This document shows positions 53,601 to 57,679 of a stretch of DNA of 57,679 bases, in pieces. The position numbers and the translations under genes are program-made. The notes beneath the pieces were generated by a model that saw only the letters and a program-made list of their open reading frames with translations, did no database searches and was not told the DNA's origin. The number at the start of each line of letters is the position of its first letter. The stretch's first letter is position 1. The stretch is taken from positions 1 to 57,679 of the forward strand of contig JAUSJM010000029.1 of NCBI GenBank assembly GCA_030647265.1, read 5' to 3'. The stretch comes from a bacterium. GTDB taxonomy: Bacteria > Patescibacteriota > Microgenomatia > Daviesbacterales > UBA10151.

Positions 53601-54555
53601 AAAGCGCATAATTTGCTTTTCCGTCACTATCAGTATCCCAAAGGGTACAAGCATCGTAAGTATTGTTTCCTCCTCCATATATCTCATCCCAGTTAAATTT
53701 AATTAATAGAGGGGAGATAGTTTTGTCAAAACACATTTTTGTGAGATCTTTTTGTCCTGGCTGATCGTTTGCTCCATCTACATCTGAGGTACAAAGCAAG
53801 CTATCAGTAAAGGTTGTTGAAGCTACAATATTTCCTGCCTCATCTTTAACCTCCACATTATAATTTGGTCTGTAATTGCCATCTAATTGATAAGAATAAA
53901 TAAACTCACCCTTATCATTTGTTGTGACTTTAGTTTCAAAATTAACCGCTGGATCATCAGATGAAGAAATTATTAAAGTGTAATCAGTATTGGGTAGAAA
54001 CTCTGTCCCGGAAACTATAACTGTATCTGTAGGAGCATAATCTCCTTTATCAGTTGTTAAAGAAGCACTGGAAACATTTGTAGGATTAAGATCTAAATTT
54101 AAAGAATCAGCATCAGTGTTTTCAATAATGGAGGCCTCAAGATGTCCACGAGCGGGTTCAGAAATTGGAGATGAACTTACTTCCGGAGAAGCAGTCACTG
54201 AAGGAGCGGGTGTTTCAGATGGCGGAGCATTTGATTGATTAGTATTTTCTGTTGAAGAGGAGGAAGGAGTATTTTCAGGTTGGGTTGTCGGAGCAGGAGT
54301 TTCTGTAGGAGTAACAATTTCTGCTGGTGTTGGTTCTACAGTAGGTTCAGAAGTGGGGGTGGGTTCTGAGGTAATAGTTGGTGTTACCTCTGTAGGAGTA
54401 GGGGTGGTTTGTTCAGTACTGGAAGTAGCTTCTTGGGCTGAAGCTGTAGTGGGGTTTGCTAAAAAGAGGTAGGCAGGGGCCAGGGACTGGAAGATCAGTA
54501 TAAGGCTTGTGAGTAGGGCAAAAGCTTGTTGGTATATTTTAGATTTTAAGTTCAT
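47656..54555 (-). CDS. 2299-aa sortase-substrate-type surface protein (giant adhesin)
   Basis: Single uninterrupted ORF. Domain order: signal peptide; a T/P/S/E-rich linker (about 54150-54435); a Cys-rich region; 12 tandem units of about 94 aa (..LTLxKxVxNDNGGTAxxxDF..CTITNDD, prealbumin-like/SpaA-type); an SdrD-B-like unit (ISGKKFNDLNGDHQRD..PGWTITL); 4 units with DxDGDG; a DUF11-like unit; then LPSSG plus a hydrophobic stretch plus RRRNA. Confidence 0.9.
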   Translation of the reverse strand: MNLKSKIYQQAFALLTSLILIFQSLAPAYLFLANPTTASAQEATSSTEQTTPTPTEVTPTITSEPTPTSEPTVEPTPAEIVTPTETPAPTTQPENTPSSSSTENTNQSNAPPSETPAPSVTASPEVSSSPISEPARGHLEASIIENTDADSLNLDLNPTNVSSASLTTDKGDYAPTDTVIVSGTEFLPNTDYTLIISSSDDPAVNFETKVTTNDKGEFIYSYQLDGNYRPNYNVEVKDEAGNIVASTTFTDSLLCTSDVDGANDQPGQKDLTKMCFDKTISPLLIKFNWDEIYGGGNNTYDACTLWDTDSDGKANYALCNSLLPNSTTDLMEFSSFTLYSCGDTKSDRCGQPANSISASGTSCSAAQANEDPFSAGTAYPQDTVGTCALNPSNFGSTQYVLLNLCSFPSGQPNSDPSDCVGEPTGGFITVTKVATPNDGTTFNFGISGTSNYTFSINGSGTSQRYSVENGTYSISETVPSGWSLDSASCVDNGGSSVGTISGNSMTGIVVDAGDDIACTFNDSLQQGTIVVHKDVQGPSGEDITDISQNFTAELDGANSQTFTDGGTVTYSNITAGSHTVTEGTLPSGYSIYGISATQGGSGNVSGLSVTVTANQTTHVYVTNRQQQTTLTVIKQVTNDNGGLKTASNFTINITGTNVSNPSFPGVGIPGTTVTLEPGSYSVSEDSDSGYTATYSTDCSGTITLGQTKTCTVTNNDKAGTLIIKKVVTNNNGGTKVASDFSFSVNTGVAQSFESDGQNDLTVDAGTYNVTEPAVTGYSTSYDNCSDLVITNGGSATCTITNNDNAPSLHLRKTLTKDNGGTASEADWTLTATGALSEPTSLSGTTPVDSGLSFKADTYALGESGPSGYTASAWDCEGGTQEGDTITLGLGQSATCTITNNDNAPSLTLDKIVTNNNGGSAAESEWTLTATGPTSISGPGAAGSADVVSDASFDAGTYTLSESAGPSGYTASVWSCTNGVTVNGSSEITIALGQSTVCSITNDDQQGTLIVKKVVLNDNGGTLEAQDFSFQVNSGTATNFEADGQNDLTVDAGTYTVTEPTVAGYDTSYDNCTGVVVSNSGTQTCTITNNDKPAHLKVIKHVVNDDDGTANSSDFTMTISGVVGGGSFSGEDTPGTDTVVEPGTYSVTEVGSSGYAPNYSTDCSGTIALGETKTCTVTNDDIAPSLTLVKTVINDNGGTLDANDFNLRIDGVATSSGAAKTLSAGAHIASESAAIGYSASDWGEDCAPDGSITLAPGDNKTCTITNDDIAPSLTLTKIVDNSYGGLASAGDWTLTATGLTTISGLGGVTSDSTFSAGTYALSEDGLTGYSDSSWSCVKNGGASVSGSSVNIGLGDVVSCEITNSDIAPTLKLVKLVTNDDGGTATPSAWILTADGDSNGFSDSGNSSTFHPVTANFEYNLSESGPDGYTEGDWNCDGGDQNENIITLNLAENVTCTITNDDVAPTLTLVKYLPNDNGGTATQDDFNVYIDGGLSSWGTHTLTAGSFTVSESTASGYTASDWGTDCATDGTITLGVGDEKTCSITNDDQPGKISGKKFNDLNGDHQRDNTTTDPNLPGWTITLDRQNDINPPVCSGTIVGELCVIITNDSGNYAFNGLEPGIYIVSEVTQTGWTQTRPDATYGGLGRQANGTYILTIGSGTEITGRDFGNQGRGTITVKKDVDSDGDGTVDVSDATDWFYDIDSAGSFQTGSTQEVAAGTYTISEQQQENYHVTGLICGETEYGETESQEIAIDPGDSLVCTFTNTRDTGSLQVNKEVDIDGDGEFDGGNDQANDLGFRWGIDSETPEHLMGSVADPLPTGSYSVSENDIAGYTFTGWYDNNSDFGSCDEPEEETLPESINVSTDNQSSITLCNSRDTGRIIIQKLIDEDGDLQTTDDRIPGADWVMDVDGTGQDTSNPSLPTTDENGNTETGNIKTGEYTAVEGSKEGYHIVSASCSAGEESSRGTYDGTDSVDGIEVGKDETVNCTFINTQNDGSITILKNIDNNGDGDTDDEGDVRNAQGWTYDIADGDQNIPMGGDKSLARGSYTISEDEQAGYKLLGWSCFQGEENEQTGTTNSIEISVRNGSETTCTFENQVLPPVLTLTKANNKTGVDVSAGSSVLYTLTLTLTGSPLENVSLIDLPPAGFKYRLGSWTASSNLNLGLVVSEPTYASPGIWNLGDMQTGETITLTYIADIDTSVDPGLYKDLAWAQGTATGDTTYANIESDPAYFVSTDVNVALNSSGSTGFNVINEKQEEVLGASIALPSSGAQTVWVALASLLLISGIGLFSYGLVLRRRNA
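49920..53290 (-). repeat. in-frame tandem array of 12 domain-coding units with a period of about 260-305 nt
   Basis: Unit junctions (C-T-I/V-T-N-D/N-D) recur near 50181, 50461, 50761, 51021, 51291, 51555, 51861, 52151, 52411 and 52690. Exact DNA repeats include the 26-mer gttaaagatggagcaatgtcatcatt at 50738-50763 and 50999-51024, and the 20-mer gaaggagcattatcattatt at 51842-51861 and 52146-52165. Confidence 0.8.
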
Positions 54556-54603
54556 TTAAAACTTTAGGCAGAATATTTTTATATATAGGGTAGTTTACTT
54601 TAA

Positions 54604-54632
54604 TTAATACTCCTTGTGAAGCTATTTGTCAA
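54604..54632 (-). promoter_or_regulatory. sigma70-type promoter of the giant adhesin operon with the TTCACAAGGAGTAT cassette
   Basis: Minus strand: TTGACA (54632-54627), the 17-nt spacer AATAGCTTCACAAGGAG, then TATTAA (54609-54604). It lies about 48 nt upstream of the ATG at 54555. Confidence 0.45.
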
Positions 54633-54705
54633 GTAGCATTATAGGGTTTGATATATTTATTCTAAAAACCTTGTTGACTTTTTAAGATTATGATAAGGTA
54701 AAAAT

Positions 54706-54969
54706 ATGAGTAAAAAGGAAATGATAGCGATATTAATTCTAAGCTTACTAGTCACCTATTTAACTCCTGCTGTAGAAATTTTAGTTACAGGATGGTCTTT
54801 ATCTGGTGGAGAGGAAGGTTTACCATTGAGATTCCATAAATCTTTTTTTTCTGGGTATGGACAGTATGATCTTAAAATATTCTTGTTGGATAGTATATTT
54901 TGGTTTATTCTAATACTTCTATTTTGGAAATTTGTCCTTAAAAGGTCTTCAAAGTATGCAAAAAAATAG
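54706..54969 (+). CDS. hypothetical small membrane protein (two TM helices)
   Basis: 87-aa ORF with hydrophobic segments IAILILSLLVTYLTPAVEILV and IFWFILILLFWKFVL. No family recognised. Confidence 0.4.
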   Translation: MSKKEMIAILILSLLVTYLTPAVEILVTGWSLSGGEEGLPLRFHKSFFSGYGQYDLKIFLLDSIFWFILILLFWKFVLKRSSKYAKK

Positions 54970-55509
54970 TTAGTTCTTTTGATCGTGGGCTACCAACACC
55001 ACCTTCTCTACTATCCCAACGTTACCAGCCTTGTCCTCTGTTTTAGCTTGTACTTTATAAGTTCGTCCATCGCTATCATTACCGTTCCTCCAGGCTTCCA
55101 GGGGAACGATTTGGTTAAGATCATCAAAAGTTAAGTTATAAACATGGTATTCGTCGTTAACTGATAAGTTCTTAGAAGCTAAGCCTGAAATATTATCTTC
55201 AGCCGATCCGGAGATTGTGACATTAATCATCTGTTTATCCGGGGGCCAAATAATATCGGAAGAAACATTGAGTGCAATAACAGGAGTAGTTTTATCTATC
55301 TTAATCTCCAATTCCTGGGGTATTTCCTCATTTCCTGCCTTATCCATAGACCTAAACTTTAGTTTAGAAATGCCCTTTGTGGAAATAGTAAAGGGATTAG
55401 TATATGTCTTAACAGTTTGCCCATCATCTAAGGTGTACTCAGTTCTTAATATTCCTGATCCACTGCTGTCATCCTTGGTAGTAAACCTTGTGAAAATATT
55501 TGTCAACAT
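54970..55509 (-). CDS. Ig-like/OmpL47-type domain protein without a signal peptide; possibly a 5'-truncated remnant
   Basis: TEYTLDDGQTVKTYTNPFTISTKGISKLKFRSMDKAGNEE and YKVQAKTEDKAGNVG are Ig-like surface-domain motifs. There is no N-terminal signal or TM segment. The annotated ATG lies inside a promoter-like cassette. Confidence 0.45.
   Translation of the reverse strand: MLTNIFTRFTTKDDSSGSGILRTEYTLDDGQTVKTYTNPFTISTKGISKLKFRSMDKAGNEEIPQELEIKIDKTTPVIALNVSSDIIWPPDKQMINVTISGSAEDNISGLASKNLSVNDEYHVYNLTFDDLNQIVPLEAWRNGNDSDGRTYKVQAKTEDKAGNVGIVEKVVLVAHDQKN
55478..55506 (-). other. third copy of the TTGACA-N6-TTCACAAGG cassette, overlapping the first codons of the 179-aa ORF
   Basis: Minus strand: (A)TGTTGACA-AATATT-TTCACAAGG-TTTACTAC. 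TTGACA is at 55506-55501 and TTCACAAGG at 55494-55486. Confidence 0.3.
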
Positions 55510-55606
55510 ACTTATAGGTTAAAGGGCTTCCAGTCTGTTCTTTTCTTTCTTGATCCTTACTAAACCTTAAGATGCTCTTCATAGAAAAAGATGAGAATAT
55601 AGGGAG

Positions 55607-56641
55607 ATGAGAAAACTTCTTTTGATAATAGGGGTAATTTTGTTGGGTTTATTAACAGTTTTGGGTTGGAGGTTTTATGGGCAAGCAAAGAATCAACCTG
55701 GGTCTACTACAGTAAACCTGCCTGCTTCTCTCCAGCAGGCTAATCCTTTAATGATCTCTGAGATGAGGAAAGGAAGCTACCCAGGAAGTAGTTTGATTAT
55801 TGAACAAACTTTGTCCTCGGGTATTAATTATACTCAATATATAGCTTCTTATTATTCTGATGGTTTAAAGATCTATGGTTTACTGACTGTTCCTGAGGGA
55901 GAGAAACCCAAGAATGGCTGGCCCGTGATTATCTTTAACCATGGTTATATCCCACCTGATCAATATAGGACAACAGAAAGGTATATAGCTTATGTTGATG
56001 CTTTTGCCAGAGCTGGATATGTTGTTTTTAAACCGGATTACCGGGGAAACGGTAATTCGGAGGGTAAACCGGAAGGAGCTTATTATTCACCAGCTTATAC
56101 TGTGGATGTTTTAAATGCCTTATCTTCAGTAAAAAAACTTCCCGAGGTAAACCCTAATAAAATTGGTATGTGGGGACATTCCCTGGGAGGTAATATTACC
56201 TTAAGAAGTTTAGTTGTCTCATCTGATATAAAAGCAGCTGTCATTTGGGGTGGAGTAGTGGGAACCTATGATGATTTAATGAATAACTGGCAAAGAAGGG
56301 TGCCTTATACCCCTTCACCAAGGGAACTGACTTTGAGAAACAGAAGCAGGCAGGAGTTAATTTCCAAATATGGAACACCTTCTTCCAACCCAAGCTTTTG
56401 GAACTCCCTAGACCCGAACTACAACCTACAGTATGTCCAATCTCCTGTCCAACTGCATGCTGGGGAAGAAGATGAAGAAGTTCCCTGGCAGTTCTCTCAA
56501 GGTCTAGATGAGAGATTAAAAAAGATAGGAAAAACAGTGGAATTTTATATTTATCCTGAGGCAGACCATAATATTTCAGAACCCTCGTTTGACCTAGCCA
56601 TGCAAAGATCAGTCAGTTTCTTCGACAAGTATTTAAAGTGA
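55607..56641 (+). CDS. membrane-anchored alpha/beta hydrolase, S9 prolyl-oligopeptidase/dienelactone-hydrolase-like
   Basis: N-terminal TM helix, nucleophile elbow GMWGHSLGG, acidic GEEDEEVP and ADHNI, in Ser-Asp-His order. Confidence 0.8.
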   Translation: MRKLLLIIGVILLGLLTVLGWRFYGQAKNQPGSTTVNLPASLQQANPLMISEMRKGSYPGSSLIIEQTLSSGINYTQYIASYYSDGLKIYGLLTVPEGEKPKNGWPVIIFNHGYIPPDQYRTTERYIAYVDAFARAGYVVFKPDYRGNGNSEGKPEGAYYSPAYTVDVLNALSSVKKLPEVNPNKIGMWGHSLGGNITLRSLVVSSDIKAAVIWGGVVGTYDDLMNNWQRRVPYTPSPRELTLRNRSRQELISKYGTPSSNPSFWNSLDPNYNLQYVQSPVQLHAGEEDEEVPWQFSQGLDERLKKIGKTVEFYIYPEADHNISEPSFDLAMQRSVSFFDKYLK

Positions 56642-56647
56642 CTGATG

Positions 56648-56718
56648 AGCGGGATACCAGAATCGGACTGGCGGCTCTACCTTGGGAAGGTAGCGTATTA
56701 CCACTATACAAATCCCGC
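56648..56718 (-). tRNA. tRNA-Gly (anticodon CCC) with a non-canonical T-loop
   Basis: Hand-folded: acceptor GCGGGAT/ATCCCGC, D arm GTAT-AGTGGTA-ATAC, anticodon arm CTACC-TTCCCAA-GGTAG, variable AGCC, T arm GCCAG-TCCGATT-CTGGT, discriminator T. No encoded CCA. Confidence 0.85.
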
Positions 56719-56773
56719 AAGCTAGCGGAATTATTATATGGGTAGTGTACTGCTAATTCAAGTTATGACAACT

Positions 56774-57448
56774 CTAGCGGGGGATCTTTAGGATTGTTCC
56801 CGGTTCTATTATATCAGGATTGGTGATGTTGTTAGCTTTAGCAATTTTATCAAAAGCCAGAATATCCCCATAAGCCCTGCCTGCTATTTTAGACAGCCAG
56901 TCTCCTTCTTCTACTGTATAAGTATCTCCCTCAATTTTATCTCCCCAGATAGTGCTGTTTGTAGCACCTCCTGTTCCTGTTGAACCGGCTAGCTCAGCCT
57001 TCTCTTCTTCAACTTTCGGAATCTCCAGAATTTGTCCTACACCGATTATATCAGCATTAACTAATTTATTTACTGCAGCAATCTGGGCAAATTTCCAACC
57101 GTCTTTATAATAAGCCTCAGCGATCCTAAAGAGGGTATCTCCAGTTTTAACGGTGTATTTACCGGGAAGATCTTCCGGTTTAACATCTTTTTGAGTTTCC
57201 TCAGCAGTTGTTTCCTGAGCAGGCCCTAAAGAGGGTTCAGATTTTTTCAGGTAATTAAAAACCAGCACTCCGGCTACCAAAATAATCAGCAGTCCTAAGA
57301 TCAAATTTAGGTATGATTGGTTAGAATTAACCTCGGAGCTTATTTTATCAATAAAAGATTGGCTTGATTTTCCAAGGATTGGAGAGTGGCTGCTTAATTT
57401 ATAAGATGGCACACTACGCTTTTTAGCTACTTTTTTAGTTCTTGGCAT
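56774..57448 (-). CDS. membrane-anchored protein with two LysM peptidoglycan-binding domains
   Basis: TM helix LILGLLIILVAGVLVF. The two LysM repeats are YTVKTGDTLFRIAEAYY..IIGVGQILEIP and YTVEEGDWLSKIAGRAY..IIEPGTILKIP. Strong SD (AGGAGGTGAA). Confidence 0.85.
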   Translation of the reverse strand: MPRTKKVAKKRSVPSYKLSSHSPILGKSSQSFIDKISSEVNSNQSYLNLILGLLIILVAGVLVFNYLKKSEPSLGPAQETTAEETQKDVKPEDLPGKYTVKTGDTLFRIAEAYYKDGWKFAQIAAVNKLVNADIIGVGQILEIPKVEEEKAELAGSTGTGGATNSTIWGDKIEGDTYTVEEGDWLSKIAGRAYGDILAFDKIAKANNITNPDIIEPGTILKIPR

Positions 57449-57493
57449 TTTTCACCTCCTAACTTTTTTTAGGCAGGAATTCTCAGTGGCTAC

Positions 57494-57522
57494 TATTTAA
57501 CTGATTTGCTTCCCTTTGTCAA
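57494..57522 (-). promoter_or_regulatory. sigma70-type promoter of the LysM gene
   Basis: Minus strand: TTGACA (57522-57517), a 17-nt spacer, then TAAATA (57499-57494). Confidence 0.45.
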
Positions 57523-57679
57523 GTGCATGTGCAGCCCTCTTAAACCAATTTAAAAACGTCCTCCCTTACCAAAGTTAAAATGTCCCCTTAGCACTTAAGC
57601 AGTAATTGGTTAAAATACATCATGCCTATGTGGATATGCATGATCAACTTAATGAAAAAGAGCAGTGTAAGTTTAAGAT

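Noticed and set aside
1-57679. Alternative genetic code (UGA recoded, as in some candidate phyla)
   Set aside because: TGA terminates many well-conserved genes at their expected lengths, often in ATGA start/stop overlaps (176, 3700, 4893, 8010, 19875, 22912, 24051, 31938). The standard bacterial code fits.

Overview
This 57.7-kb chromosomal window has low to moderate GC. It uses the standard genetic code, since TGA acts as a stop at many ATGA start/stop overlaps. Gene content and the trimmed enzyme sizes suggest a small-genome, Gram-positive-like, possibly Patescibacteria/CPR-type bacterium; that is inference only.

Layout:
(1) 1-10.7 kb: a glycan-assembly cluster with an LbH acetyltransferase fragment, a Wzy_C-like protein, a GT39/ArnT-like protein, three GT4 genes, a polyprenyl-P sugar transferase and a DUF4012-like protein. 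rsmH is embedded antisense within it.
(2) recO and glyQS, followed by two intergenic regions with candidate structured RNAs.
(3) 14.1-27.3 kb: a dcw cluster, mraZ-ftsL-ftsI-murE-(short murB-like)-murF-mraY-[antisense AT-rich nucleotidyltransferase]-ftsW-murG-ftsQ-ftsA-ftsZ. It has no murC, murD or ddl.
(4) 27.3-28.7 kb: a small accessory block with a methyltransferase-like gene, a P-loop kinase, a truncated retropepsin-like ORF and a DUF5678-like ORF.
(5) ileS-rodA-rplU-rpmA-parB, lepB and tRNA-Val.
(6) 35.3-38.1 kb: hypothetical genes, including a 493-aa protein paired with a Pro-rich 80-aa ORF.
(7) A secreted M23 peptidase with lectin-like and Ig-like domains.
(8) An AT-rich Wzx plus two GT2 module.
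(9) 44.0-54.6 kb: a minus-strand string with a 2299-aa repeat-rich LPSSG-terminated surface protein, an FN3-like protein, a sortase, tRNA-Thr, an Ig-like protein and a Wzy_C-like protein.
(10) A small membrane ORF and an Ig-like fragment, then an S9-like hydrolase, tRNA-Gly and a LysM protein.

Most interesting observations:
- The sortase / giant adhesin / Wzy_C / Wzx-GT2 supercluster.
- A promoter-like cassette (TTGACA-N6-TTCACAAGG) present three times.
- A palindromic bidirectional promoter that looks leaderless at rsmH.
- The remodelled dcw cluster.
- Two tRNAs with C at T-loop position 55.
- A 72% GC nested stem-loop element upstream of mraZ.

No CRISPR array, rRNA, transposase or integrase was recognised.
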